64,000 nt of DNA from Pedobacter sp. (GCA_050253415.1 JBFWJC010000004.1:284536-348535), one strand, 5' to 3'; positions 19,285-29,591 are shown, counted from the stretch's first letter. Notes: generated by a model not told the origin, from the sequence alone. Numbers and translations are program-made.

Positions 19285-21174
19285 ATGTCACGCTGTCAAT
19301 CCGCAGATACTTGCCTGTCAAACTACCTGGATACCAAAACCGACATCAACACCGCTTTTGACCGCTTCGCCGAGCAGAAAGTAAAATGCGGCTTCGGCAA
19401 ACTCGGCGTCTGTTGCCGCCTCTGTTCCAACGGCCCCTGCCGCATCACCCCCGACTCCCCCAAAGGGGTCTGCGGCGCGACCGCCGACAGCATTGTAGCT
19501 CGCAATTTCCTGCGCATGGTTGCCGCAGGCTCCGCCTGTTACCTGCATGTCTGCGAAGCCACCGCCAAGCGTCTCAAGGCCATCGGCGAAGGTGTCTCCC
19601 CCCTGCCGATTCGCTCCAAACAATCCCTTGATGAGCTGGCTGCCATGTTCGGCATCGAAGGGGAAACCACCGAAGAGAAGGCCCGACTGGTAGCCGGAAA
19701 GGTGCTGGCCGACCTATACAAACCCCGCGATGAAAAGATGGAACTGGTCGAATTCATGGCACCGAAGGAACGCATCGACACTTGGGAAAAACTGGGCATC
19801 CTCCCCGGCGGCGCCAAATCCGAAGTATTCGACGCCCTGGTAAAAACCAGCACCAACCTCAACACCGACCCCGTCGACCAGATGCTGCACGTTCTCAACC
19901 TCGGCATCAGCACCGGCCTGTATGGCCTGGCCATGACCAACCTGATGAACGACGTCATCATGGGCGAACCGGTCATCCGCACCGCCGCTACCGGCTTTTC
20001 CGTCGCCAACCCCGACTACGTCAATATCGCCGTCAGTGGCCATAGTCATTCGGTTTTCGCCGGGCTCATCGCCCTGCTGGAATCGGAAGCCGGTCAGGCC
20101 ATCGGCCGCGAAGTCGGTGCCCAGGGCATCAAGCTGGTCGGCATGACCTGCGTCGGTCAGGATATGCAGCTGCGCGCCGGCGCCAGCGGTACCGACATCT
20201 TCTGCGGTCAGGCCGGTAACAACTTCACCCAGGAAGCGCTGCTTTCCACCGGTGCCATCGACATGGTGATCAGCGAGTTCAACTGTACCCTGTCCGGCAT
20301 CGAGCCGATCGCCGCCAAGCAGAACGTCAAACTGATCTGCCTCGACGACGTCGCCAAACAGACCACCGCCGAACTGCTGCCGGACGTGCTTGGCAATGAG
20401 ATGGAACTGGCCGAGCAACTGGCCCGCATGGCGGCGGCCCAGCATAAACAGCGCCGCGCCATCGACACCGGTGTGATCCTCGACATTCCCCAGCATGGCT
20501 TCGGCGACGTTGTCACCGGAGTCAGCGAAAAATCCCTGGTCAACCTGTTGGGCGGTTCGGTGCAACCCCTCATCGACCTGATCGTCAGCGGTCAGATCAA
20601 AGGGGTGGTCGGCGTGCTCGGCTGCTCCAACCTGGCCGAAGGCGGCCACGACGTGATGACCGTCAACCTGACCCGCGAACTGATCAAACGTGACATCCTG
20701 GTGCTGTCGGCCGGCTGTACCACCGGTGGTCTGGCCAACGTCGGCCTCTGCTCACCGGGCGCCAAAGATCTTGCCGGTCCCGGTCTCAAGGCGGTGTGTG
20801 AAGCTCTCGGTATCCCTCCGGTGCTCAACTTCGGTCCATGCCTGAGCATCGGCCGCATCGAAATGGTCGCCAAAGCACTGGCCAAGACCATGAACGTCTC
20901 CATGCCGGAATTGCCGGTGGTTATCAGCGCCCCTCAGTGGTTGGAAGAACAAGCGCTGGCCGACGGCGCCTTTGGTCTGGCCATGGGCCTGACCCTGCAC
21001 CTTGCCCAGACTCCCCCCGTGGCCGGGTCCCCGATCATTACTAAATTGCTTACCGAAGATCTGCCCGCCATCACCGGCGGCCGGTTGTTTATCGAATCCG
21101 ATCCGGTCAAGACAGCAGAGCAGATGGCCGATATCATCGCCGGCAAACTCCAGGCTCTGGGGGTGGCGGCATGA
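19285..21174 (+). CDS. cooS: Ni-type carbon monoxide dehydrogenase catalytic subunit (atypical active site)
   Basis: CGFG..GVCCRLCSNGPC..GVCG; SGH, TCVG, FNC, GCSN, AGC and GPC cluster ligands; GGAGG RBS. Confidence 0.88.
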   Translation: MSRCQSADTCLSNYLDTKTDINTAFDRFAEQKVKCGFGKLGVCCRLCSNGPCRITPDSPKGVCGATADSIVARNFLRMVAAGSACYLHVCEATAKRLKAIGEGVSPLPIRSKQSLDELAAMFGIEGETTEEKARLVAGKVLADLYKPRDEKMELVEFMAPKERIDTWEKLGILPGGAKSEVFDALVKTSTNLNTDPVDQMLHVLNLGISTGLYGLAMTNLMNDVIMGEPVIRTAATGFSVANPDYVNIAVSGHSHSVFAGLIALLESEAGQAIGREVGAQGIKLVGMTCVGQDMQLRAGASGTDIFCGQAGNNFTQEALLSTGAIDMVISEFNCTLSGIEPIAAKQNVKLICLDDVAKQTTAELLPDVLGNEMELAEQLARMAAAQHKQRRAIDTGVILDIPQHGFGDVVTGVSEKSLVNLLGGSVQPLIDLIVSGQIKGVVGVLGCSNLAEGGHDVMTVNLTRELIKRDILVLSAGCTTGGLANVGLCSPGAKDLAGPGLKAVCEALGIPPVLNFGPCLSIGRIEMVAKALAKTMNVSMPELPVVISAPQWLEEQALADGAFGLAMGLTLHLAQTPPVAGSPIITKLLTEDLPAITGGRLFIESDPVKTAEQMADIIAGKLQALGVAA

Positions 21175-21674
21175 GAAAAAAAATCATCGATGTTGCCAAC
21201 TGTACCGGTTGTAAAAACTGCGAACTGGCCTGCATCGTCTCCCACAGCCCCAATGAAAACCTGCAGCAGGCATACAAGGATGGCGGCATTGCCGCCATCC
21301 GCGCCCGCTGCAAAGTGGAGGTGACCAACGAGGGCCAGAATTTCCCCCGCCACTGCCAGCACTGCGAGGATCCGCAATGCGTGCGGGCCTGTATGAGCGG
21401 TGCCTTGAGCAAGGGCGATGACGGCTACGTGGTCTGCGACACCGAAACGTGCGTCGGCTGCTATATGTGCGTCATGAGCTGTCCCAACGGCTTTGCCCGG
21501 CCGTCCACCAGCGGCCGGCGTATGATGCTCAAATGCGACGGCTGTACCTCGCGGGACTGCATGGCCTGCGTTGAGAACTGCCCGACCGGGTGTTTGAGCG
21601 TTGAAGAAACCGACCTGCCGGGGGACAGTGTGGAATATGTCAATCGGCCAGAGCCAAGGGAGAGTCGCGTATGA
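21171..21674 (+). CDS. cooF: CooF-like multi-[4Fe-4S] ferredoxin
   Basis: CTGCKNC..C, CQHCEDPQC..C, CVGCYMC..CP and KCDGC..C..CP motifs; ATGA overlap with cooS. Confidence 0.85.
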   Translation: MRKKIIDVANCTGCKNCELACIVSHSPNENLQQAYKDGGIAAIRARCKVEVTNEGQNFPRHCQHCEDPQCVRACMSGALSKGDDGYVVCDTETCVGCYMCVMSCPNGFARPSTSGRRMMLKCDGCTSRDCMACVENCPTGCLSVEETDLPGDSVEYVNRPEPRESRV

Positions 21675-22909
21675 AATATGTGATTATCGGCAACAGTGCG
21701 GCGGGAACGGCCGCGGCGGAAACAATTCGGCAGCAGGATCCGACCGGTGAAATCACCATGCTCAGCCGGGATACGACCTTTTATTCCCGCTGCCAGTTGC
21801 ACCTGGTGGCTTCCGGGCAACGTTCGCTGCAGCAAGCCAATTTCCTGCCGGCCGACTGGGCGCAACGCTACGGCGTAAAACTGCATCTGGGGTGCAATGT
21901 ATCCGGGATCGACATGGCACGACGGCAGGTAATTTGCGAGGATGGCGAACAGTTCGCCTACAACCGACTGCTGCTCACCACCGGTTCGCGCAGCGCCCTG
22001 CCCCCTGTAGAGGGCATGGAGGGGCCGGGCGTTTACGGTCTGCGTCACATGGCTGATGCAGAGCAACTGCTGCAGGTGTTCCGCAACAAGCAACATATTG
22101 TCATCATCGGCGCCGGTCTGGTCGGCTGCGAACTGGCCGAAGCGCTGGTAGAAGTCGGGCATCCTTCGGTGAGTCTGGTGGAAATGTCGCCCTATCCGTT
22201 GCCCCTGCAACTGGAAGAAGTCACCGGCCGCCGCCTGGGCCAACTGATGCAGCAGCACGGAATCGCCATGCACTGCGGAGACGGCGTGACCAAAGTGGAA
22301 CGTCACGCGGACGGTACGCCTGCGGCGGTGCACCTGAAGTCGGGCAAACGACTGCCGGCCGATCTGATTGTCGCCGCCGCCGGGGTACGGGCCAACACCG
22401 AATTGCTCACCCGCCTCGGCGCCGAGTGTAATCGCGGCCTCGTCATCGACGAGCGATGCCGCACCAGCCTGCCCGACATTTTTGCTGCCGGCGATGTCAC
22501 CGAGTGTCGCGACGTGACCCTCGACCGGGTGATGAGCAGCGCCATCTGGCCTGCGGCCCGCAAGCAGGGCCGGGTAGCCGGCACCAACATGGCCGGTGGC
22601 AAGGCCTCCCTGCAGGAGCATACGGGGCTGCGCGCCTCCGTCTCCCTGTTCGGCACCAGCATGGTGTCGGTAGGTGCCGTGTTCAGCCCCGATCCCGCCT
22701 GGCAGAAACAGATTTACGATCGTACCGACAGCCGCGGTCGCCTGTGCAGCAAAATCTGCTACAGCGATTCCAAAGGGGTACTGAAAGCGGCGATCCTCTG
22801 GGGCGATATCAGCCAGGCTGGCCTTTATGGCGAAGCCGTGCTCAAGCGCTGTCATCTGGGAGACCTGGCCCCCGGCGTCCTGCCCGACTATCTTCTGCAA
22901 GCCGTCTGA
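21671..22909 (+). CDS. FAD-dependent NAD(P)H oxidoreductase
   Basis: IIGNSAAG, LLLTTGS, IIGAGLVGCE and IFAAGD motifs; ATGA overlap with cooF. Confidence 0.9.
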   Translation: MKYVIIGNSAAGTAAAETIRQQDPTGEITMLSRDTTFYSRCQLHLVASGQRSLQQANFLPADWAQRYGVKLHLGCNVSGIDMARRQVICEDGEQFAYNRLLLTTGSRSALPPVEGMEGPGVYGLRHMADAEQLLQVFRNKQHIVIIGAGLVGCELAEALVEVGHPSVSLVEMSPYPLPLQLEEVTGRRLGQLMQQHGIAMHCGDGVTKVERHADGTPAAVHLKSGKRLPADLIVAAAGVRANTELLTRLGAECNRGLVIDERCRTSLPDIFAAGDVTECRDVTLDRVMSSAIWPAARKQGRVAGTNMAGGKASLQEHTGLRASVSLFGTSMVSVGAVFSPDPAWQKQIYDRTDSRGRLCSKICYSDSKGVLKAAILWGDISQAGLYGEAVLKRCHLGDLAPGVLPDYLLQAV

Positions 22910-23261
22910 CCCATAGCTCTACAGTCTTACCTCCTCCATCGCTGTACTGGGGCCGTCGATCCTTAACCATCGACGGCCCGATTTTTATTGAAGCCCCCCT
23001 TTTTTTTCTTTGGGATGCGACCAACTGGAAGAATTTACGGTTTTTTTTGCGATTTGGTGGACACTTGTGCTATTTAAGAATCTTTTTGCGTCGGGAATCA
23101 AACAACTCGGGTTGTGAATAAAGGGGGAAAACGGATCGCTGGACCCGTTTTTCCGCTCGACCGGTGCGGTTTTGATCCAAATTCGATAAACGTTGTCGTT
23201 GCCTTTGATTCACCTTGTCCAGCAGACATCCAAGCCTAGTGTTCACCCATGGAGTAGCCTG

Positions 23262-24395
23262 ATGAGCAAGATTAACCGAAACGCCCCCTGCCCTTGCGGC
23301 AGCGGACTGAAATTCAAGAAGTGCTGTCTTAACCAGGAGGCGGCAGAACAACCCCGCCCCCTGATGGAAGGTTTGCGTAAAGCCGAAGAAGAATTGTTCC
23401 ACATCCTGTTTAAACAGGCTCAGCAGCAATTGGGACCAGAAGGCATCACCGAAGCCTGGCAGACATTTTGCCAGGACACGGATGCCCCCCTCGACCCGCA
23501 AACACAACCGGAGGCCAACACCTGCTTTTTGTCATGGCTCTTGCTTCACTGGCAACCCGGTTCTCCCGAACAACCGGAAGAGAGTATTGCAGCCCGCTAT
23601 CGCCGCCGAATGGATCACCGGTTGCCCATTTTGCAGCGGCGCTTTCTCGATGAAGCATGCAATCAGCCGTTCAGTTTTTTTGTCGTAACCGATATTAAAC
23701 AAGGTGTTTCCGTAACCCTGCAGGACCTCTTGTGGCCGCGAACCCTGGAAGTCTACGAGCAGAAAGCGTCGACCTTACTGTCCCGGGGCAACATCCTGTA
23801 CACCCAGGTACTGCCGCTGGATAACGTTGCAATCTTCCTTGGCTGCGCCCCCTTTGCGATTCCCGATGCCTACCAGGTCCGTCTGATGGAAGTCCGCGAC
23901 GCGATCGAGAAAAACCTCGGCAGCATCAACCGCGACACGCTGTTTTCCATGGAAGCCCGGTTACGCGCCTGTTATTTCGAAATCCGCAACGAGATGCAGA
24001 AAATGGACGAGGAACAAGCCGAGGCGCAGACAACAGCAGAAGTGGAACAACCCTCTGCATCCGATAGCAGCGACAGGTTAACATTCAGTCTGGACTGCAG
24101 CGTCCGTGAGGCCTTCGAGGCCTTGCGCACCCTGAGTTGGAAACTTGAGGAGGACGAACTCCCACCCGCCACCCGTCTGGATGAGCAAGGACAACCCAGC
24201 CACATGACTCTTCCGTGGCTTGAAAAGGGTAACCGCAAACCCTCCAAGACCGACAACCCGGAATTGGGACAGATCATTATCGATGGCAACCAGTTAACCA
24301 TCGAAATAGCGGATGAGGAGCAGAAAGACGCCATGCTTCGCAAAATCGCCCGCCGGTTGGGCAAGCTTGCGACCCCGCAGGAATCCGCGGCCTGA
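23262..24395 (+). CDS. SEC-C motif-containing hypothetical protein
   Basis: N-terminal RNAPCPCGSGLKFKKCC; GGAG RBS. Confidence 0.85.
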   Translation: MSKINRNAPCPCGSGLKFKKCCLNQEAAEQPRPLMEGLRKAEEELFHILFKQAQQQLGPEGITEAWQTFCQDTDAPLDPQTQPEANTCFLSWLLLHWQPGSPEQPEESIAARYRRRMDHRLPILQRRFLDEACNQPFSFFVVTDIKQGVSVTLQDLLWPRTLEVYEQKASTLLSRGNILYTQVLPLDNVAIFLGCAPFAIPDAYQVRLMEVRDAIEKNLGSINRDTLFSMEARLRACYFEIRNEMQKMDEEQAEAQTTAEVEQPSASDSSDRLTFSLDCSVREAFEALRTLSWKLEEDELPPATRLDEQGQPSHMTLPWLEKGNRKPSKTDNPELGQIIIDGNQLTIEIADEEQKDAMLRKIARRLGKLATPQESAA

Positions 24396-24422
24396 CCTGG
24401 CTGTTGCAGATTATAAAATAAT

Positions 24423-24456
24423 AAAAAACGGGCCCGTTTCAGCGGACCCGTTTTTT
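24423..24456 (+). terminator. Rho-independent terminator
   Basis: aaaaaacggg-cccgtttcagcgga-cccgtttttt. Confidence 0.65.
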
Positions 24457-24597
24457 ATTATGATCCCCGTAATTTCACGCTTGCCGCAGGATAGGGCAAT
24501 ATCCCCCGGCGAGTTCTTGCCTGCATAAAGGTGATAGGACCTTCCTCAACGGCAACCGGGCAGCATCCCCATCAAAGCCCTGTTCCCGAATTAGACA

Positions 24598-24626
24598 TTG
24601 ACACACACTGCCTCTCGGATTATGTT
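24598..24626 (+). promoter_or_regulatory. Sigma70 promoter of the riboswitch-ribB unit
   Basis: TTGACA-17 nt-TATGTT immediately before the riboswitch. Confidence 0.65.
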
Positions 24627-24636
24627 TGCAGCAACA

Positions 24637-24780
24637 TAATTCTCAAGGCGGGGTGAAAGTCCCCACCGGCGGTGATGTTGCCAACGTGCAAACAAGCCCG
24701 CAAGCGCCTGTCGCAAGACAGGGCCAGCAGACCCGGTTGGAATCCGGGGCCGACGGTTATAGTCCGGACGGGAGAGAATG
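24637..24780 (+). ncRNA. FMN riboswitch (RFN element)
   Basis: GGCGGGGTGAAAGTCCCCACCGGCGGT..AGCCCGC..GACCCGGT..CCGGGGCCGACGGTTATAGTCCGGA.GGGAGA, upstream of ribB. Confidence 0.95.
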
Positions 24781-24873
24781 CATAACCTGCGGGCCTTGTC
24801 GACCTGCACTCTCGCCAAAAAGATTCACTCCATCACGCCTTGGGATGCCAACACTATTTCAAGGAGCCTCGTG

Positions 24874-25527
24874 ATGTCACAATCTCTACTTGCCCGCTTC
24901 GGAACACCTCTCGAACGTGTGGATAAAGCTATCACCCGCCTGCGCCAGGGGCGCGGGGTATTGCTGGTCGATGATGAAGACCGCGAAAACGAAGGCGATT
25001 TAATCTTCCCCGCCGAAACCATTACCCCGGCCCAGATGGCCATGATGATCCGGGAATGCAGCGGCATCGTCTGCCTGTGCCTCACCGATGAAAAACTTAC
25101 GCAGCTCGATCTGCCTCCGATGGTCAACAACAACACCAGCGCCAACCAGACGGCCTTTACCCTCTCCATCGAGGCTCGCCACGGTGTCACCACCGGGGTT
25201 TCAGCAGCCGACCGAGTCACCACCATCCGCACCGCCATTGCCGACCAGTGCAAACCCGAAGACCTTGCGCGCCCCGGCCATGTATTCCCCCTTCGCGCGC
25301 AACCCGGCGGGGTTCTGACCCGGCGCGGTCACACGGAAGGTACCGTCGATCTCATGCGTATGGCCGGATACAAGCCTGCCGGCATACTCTGTGAATTAAC
25401 CAACGAGGACGGTAGCATGGCCCGCCTGCCCGAAATCGTCACCTTTGCCGAACGGCATTATTTCACCGTACTCACCATCGAAGATCTGGTGCTTGCCACA
25501 GAACAGCTCTTAAAGAAATCAGCCTGA
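24874..25527 (+). CDS. ribB: 3,4-dihydroxy-2-butanone 4-phosphate synthase
   Basis: [27 protein letters not shown] and RRGHTE motifs; AAGGAG RBS. Confidence 0.95.
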   Translation: MSQSLLARFGTPLERVDKAITRLRQGRGVLLVDDEDRENEGDLIFPAETITPAQMAMMIRECSGIVCLCLTDEKLTQLDLPPMVNNNTSANQTAFTLSIEARHGVTTGVSAADRVTTIRTAIADQCKPEDLARPGHVFPLRAQPGGVLTRRGHTEGTVDLMRMAGYKPAGILCELTNEDGSMARLPEIVTFAERHYFTVLTIEDLVLATEQLLKKSA

Positions 25528-25769
25528 TCTCGATCAGCCGGGACAGGAGGTGTTTAGCTGTCCCGGCTGATTCAACAAACTCTTTACCTTCCACTCACAA
25601 AATCCTTATCGAGCTCATGCATCCTGGCTTTGCCTTCAGCACATACCTGCCCCGCACAATTGGCGGTAATCAGCCAGCGGGACATGGTGTCACGGCATCT
25701 CCACCGAGGGACCTCCGGTTCCGCACCTCCATGCTATGGCACGCTGCCTTTTCACTCCTGTGCAGCGTG

Positions 25770-26430
25770 TCTTTTTTTACCTCAAACTTCCCGACCAGCG
25801 CCCCCTGTGCAAACGCACACTTTTCCAACGCGGATATTTCGCCCAACTTCTACGGTAAGCCACGTGGCCTCCCGGATACCGCTGCGCTACACTCCAAACA
25901 TCAACAACACGTTGATACGAACGGTTGGAACATTACAAACCAACACCTCCATCTTTGGCGCGTTGCCTCACCTCCTGAGCAACGCGTCTTTTTTTACCTC
26001 AAACTTCCCGACCAGCGCCCCCTGTGCAAACGCACACTTTTCCAACGCGGATGTTTCGCCCAACTTCTACGGTAAGCCACGTGGCCTCCCGGACACCGCT
26101 GCGCTACACTCCAAACATCAACAACACGTTGATACGAACGGTTGGAACATTACAAACCAACACCTCCATCTTTGGCGCGTTGCCTCACCTCCTGAGCAAC
26201 GCGTCTTTTTTTACCTCAAATTTCCCGGCCAGCGTCCCCCTGTGCAAACGCACACTTTTCCAACGCGGATGTTTCGCCCAACTTCTACGGTAAGCCACGT
26301 GGCCTCCCGGATACCGCTGCGCTACACTCCAAACATCAACAACACGTTGATACGAACGGTTGGAACATTACAAACCAACACCTCCATCTTTGGCGCGTTG
26401 CCTCACCTCCTGAGCAACGCGTCTTTTTTT
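25770..26430. repeat. Three tandem ~217-bp direct repeats, each ending in a hairpin plus T-tract
   Basis: 'acctcaaa' recurs at 25779, 25996 and 26213; copies differ by a few substitutions and one insertion. Confidence 0.95.
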
Positions 26431-26532
26431 ATTTCTAGTCATTGTCCAGATACTCAAAACAAAAGCCGCCCTGCGGACGGCTTTAAGACAAAGACCAATG
26501 GCCCTGTATGTTTTTCTGTCAGGAAAAAAATT

Positions 26533-27240
26533 TTATACCGTTGCTGCTCGACCGGATTTGGCCAGACTGGCCACCGCCAGAATGGTTCCGAGCACAATGC
26601 CGAGCAGCGCCGCAAAAAGCACCCGGTGCATTTCCGGCAACAGGAACGTAATCGTATGCGCGGGGATCCAGAACAACGGCAAGGTCTTTTTGAACACGAA
26701 TCCCCACATCACCTGCCAGTCGATATCCTGCAGGATACGACCGAAATCGATAGGGCTGAAAAAACCTCGCAAGGTACCTCCTGTCTTCTGGATATGCATA
26801 TCGGTGACCCGATGCAAAGTCATGAACAGCGGCGCAAAGATCAGGTTCATGCTGACGCTCACGGCAAACGCGGCTATCAGCTTTCCCCCGCTGAACGGCT
26901 GCCCCAAAATGCCTTGCGGCAGAGGGATGAGAAACTTGCTGACAACAGCCGGAGCACCGGTGGCAAAAATCACGAATGCCACCTGAATACCGACTCCAAG
27001 CCCGCCCCAAACCAGGGCCCGAGGCCAAAGGCCGAACCCCGGGGCATAATAGTGCCCCCTGACAATACGCAGCCCTATGACTTCACCGAGAGTCGCCAGA
27101 ATGGCGAACTTCCAAAAGCTCATCAAAAGTGCGTGGGCGCTGACGCTCGCCATGTAAAAGTCAAAAATATCTTGCGATAAAAAAAACGGGCAGAAAAACA
27201 GCCCTAGACAAACACCAAAATAAAGATCCTGCTTTTTCAT
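26533..27240 (-). CDS. Membrane protein, Mpv17/PMP22-like
   Basis: Several TM helices; FWIPAHTITFLLP..RVLFAA motif; GAGGAG RBS. Confidence 0.75.
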   Translation of the reverse strand: MKKQDLYFGVCLGLFFCPFFLSQDIFDFYMASVSAHALLMSFWKFAILATLGEVIGLRIVRGHYYAPGFGLWPRALVWGGLGVGIQVAFVIFATGAPAVVSKFLIPLPQGILGQPFSGGKLIAAFAVSVSMNLIFAPLFMTLHRVTDMHIQKTGGTLRGFFSPIDFGRILQDIDWQVMWGFVFKKTLPLFWIPAHTITFLLPEMHRVLFAALLGIVLGTILAVASLAKSGRAATV

Positions 27241-27408
27241 CTGAATACTCCTCTGCCATCTCCCTTTGGTCTTTCCGTGCATAGCCAGCCGCTTTGGCAA
27301 GCCCATATTAGCGGTTTAGTCACATAAAAAAAAGAGTCCACTTCCTTAAAAATTCCGCAGAGGTTTACCCTGCATGAACTGATATTGAAAACGATAGTCA
27401 TTTTTTAC

Positions 27409-27456
27409 TTGACAGAAAAGGTCGGGCTTACTATCTTCCATGAAAATCGTTTTCAA
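27409..27456 (+). promoter_or_regulatory. Sigma70 promoter with adjacent Fur box (feo operon)
   Basis: TTGACA-17-TATCTT followed by ATGAAAATCGTTTTCAA (27440-27456); weaker second box at 27385-27401. Confidence 0.8.
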
Positions 27457-27475
27457 TTTCATACAGGAGTTCACC

Positions 27476-27697
27476 ATGAGCCTTTGCGAGCTGCGCCACG
27501 GACAGTATGCCACCATCGACAACATTTCCGATGAATCTCTCCGCGTACAGTTGCTACGTTTCGGTATTACCTGCGGCAGCAAGGTACGCTGCCACTGCAA
27601 ACTCCCCTTTGGCCCCGTTGTCCTGAAATTCGGCGCCCAGGAGATCGCCCTGGGACGCGACATAGCACGCCAGGTTGCCATCCTTCCCTTAGCCTGA
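27476..27697 (+). CDS. feoA: Ferrous iron transport protein A
   Basis: LLRFGI..G..GPVV..EIALGR; directly upstream of feoB. Confidence 0.88.
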   Translation: MSLCELRHGQYATIDNISDESLRVQLLRFGITCGSKVRCHCKLPFGPVVLKFGAQEIALGRDIARQVAILPLA

Positions 27698-27736
27698 TCA
27701 ACACACGACTTATATAATATTTGGAGGTTTTTCCCA

Positions 27737-29581
27737 ATGTCCCATTCCTGCTGCGGCGCGGTGGCCTGTGCAACATCAGGCCAGAGAAAAATAGTTCTGG
27801 TCGGCAATCCCAATGTCGGCAAGTCGATCTTCTTCAGCTCCTGGAGCGGCATCTATGCCGATGTTTCCAACTTTCCCGGGACCACGGTTGAGATCAGTTC
27901 CGGCAAAATCGGCGAAGATGTGTTGTTGGATACCCCCGGTGTCTACGGAGTGTCTTCCTTCAACGACGAGGAACGCGTTGCACGCGATGTTATTCTAACC
28001 GCCGATGTGGCGGTTAATGTGGTTGATGCCACCCATCTGGAGCGAGACCTGTTTCTGACTTTGCAACTGGTCGACATGGGCATCCCCATGGTGGTTGCAC
28101 TGAATTTTTGCGATGAGGCGGAAAGCCTTGGCATCCGCATCGATGCACGAAAGCTGGAGGACCAACTCGGCGTACCGGTTATTCCAACCGCTGCGGTCAA
28201 AAATAGCGGTATCAAAGAAGTGTTCGCAGCCCTGCCCCTGGCCCGGCCGGGATTGTGCCACCCCGAAGTAGATCAAGCGGTAACCAAACTGCTCGACCGC
28301 ATCGATACCCGTCCCGAGGCGCTGATGGTGCTTGAAGGGGATGAAGTGGTGGCCGAGCGTCACGGAGTTGACCCGGAAAACGATCGTGAGCGTGTCTACC
28401 TGTTGCGCCGCCAGAAGGCCAACGAGATCGTTGCCGCGACTGTCACCCGCCCCGAAAAATCGGCTCGGTTGCGAGACCTTCTGGGGCGACTGTGCCTGCA
28501 TCCGGCAAGTGGTCTGCTGATTTTACTCGCAGTGTTGTGGGGCTGCTATGAACTCATCGGCGTCTGGGTAGCCGGCGACATCGTCGGGCTGACGGAAGAA
28601 ACAATCATGCAGGGGCACTGGGAACCATGGATCCGAGGCCTGGTTAACCCTATCGTCTCGGAAAGTTCGGTTTTCGGGCAAATCCTGATTGGCGAGTTCG
28701 GTGTGCTGACGATGACGATCACCTACCTGCTCGGCCTGCTGCTGCCGCTGGTCATCGGTTTTTATGTGGCTCTGTCAATTCTCGAGGATTCCGGTTATCT
28801 GCCTCGACTGGCGACCTTTGTCGATCGCCTGATGACCGGCATAGGCCTCAATGGTCGCGCCGTGATCCCGATGATTCTCGGCTTTGGTTGCGTACAGCTC
28901 GGTACCATCACCACCCGTATCCTTGGCAGCAAGCGCGAGCGTACCATCGCCACCTCGATTCTGAATTTCGTTATACCCTGCAGTGCCCAGATCGGTGTCA
29001 TTGCCGGCATGCTGGCCGCGGTCGGGTTTGCTTTGAGCATGACGTACGTCGCGATCATCTTCGCCTGCCTGGCGGTAATCGGCACCGTCCTTAACAAAGT
29101 TATCCCCGGTAAAAGCAGTGCCCTGCTTATCGATCTGCCCCCCATGCGTTTGCCGCGCCCGACCAACGTGCTGCGCAAAACCTTGATCCGCTCGTTCTTT
29201 TTTATGAAGGAAGCGTACATCTGGTTTTTTGCCGGTTCCCTGGGCGTATCCCTATTGCAAGTAACAGGCGGTCTCAAAGCCTGGCAAGATCTGGTTGCAC
29301 CCTTGACCGAAGGCTGGTTGCATCTTCCCAAGGAGGCCGCCACCGCATTCGTCATGGGCATGGTGCGACGCGACTTCGGTGCCGCGGGACTGACCGATCT
29401 GGCGCTGTCACCCTGGCAGGTGGTTGTCTCCCTGGTGGTCATCACTTTGTTTGTACCCTGCATCGCAAGCTTGATGATTCTGTTCAAGGAGCGCGGGGTC
29501 AAGGAAGCTGTAACCGTTTGGTTGGGTGCATGGGTACTGGCTTTCAGTGTCGGCGGTATCCTCGCCCAGATCGTACTCTAG
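27737..29581 (+). CDS. feoB: Ferrous iron transport protein B
   Basis: GNPNVGKS, NFPGTTV, DTPG, LEDSGYLPR, GFGC and IPCSAQ motifs. Confidence 0.95.
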   Translation: MSHSCCGAVACATSGQRKIVLVGNPNVGKSIFFSSWSGIYADVSNFPGTTVEISSGKIGEDVLLDTPGVYGVSSFNDEERVARDVILTADVAVNVVDATHLERDLFLTLQLVDMGIPMVVALNFCDEAESLGIRIDARKLEDQLGVPVIPTAAVKNSGIKEVFAALPLARPGLCHPEVDQAVTKLLDRIDTRPEALMVLEGDEVVAERHGVDPENDRERVYLLRRQKANEIVAATVTRPEKSARLRDLLGRLCLHPASGLLILLAVLWGCYELIGVWVAGDIVGLTEETIMQGHWEPWIRGLVNPIVSESSVFGQILIGEFGVLTMTITYLLGLLLPLVIGFYVALSILEDSGYLPRLATFVDRLMTGIGLNGRAVIPMILGFGCVQLGTITTRILGSKRERTIATSILNFVIPCSAQIGVIAGMLAAVGFALSMTYVAIIFACLAVIGTVLNKVIPGKSSALLIDLPPMRLPRPTNVLRKTLIRSFFFMKEAYIWFFAGSLGVSLLQVTGGLKAWQDLVAPLTEGWLHLPKEAATAFVMGMVRRDFGAAGLTDLALSPWQVVVSLVVITLFVPCIASLMILFKERGVKEAVTVWLGAWVLAFSVGGILAQIVL

Positions 29582-29591
29582 GAATACAGCT

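Noticed and set aside
25873..25896. tRNA-like GGAGTGTAGCGCAGCGGTA on the minus strand of each repeat
   Set aside because: No anticodon arm, T-arm or acceptor pairing follows
25770..26430. CRISPR array or integron attC array interpretation
   Set aside because: No unique spacers and no cas genes. GCCCAAC and GTTGGAA ends resemble attC R boxes, but the inner boxes do not pair, and there are no cassette ORFs or integron integrase
25630..27180. 516-aa ORF across the tandem repeats
   Set aside because: The 217-bp period is not a multiple of 3, so the ORF reads different frames of the same unit and then runs antisense to a real membrane gene
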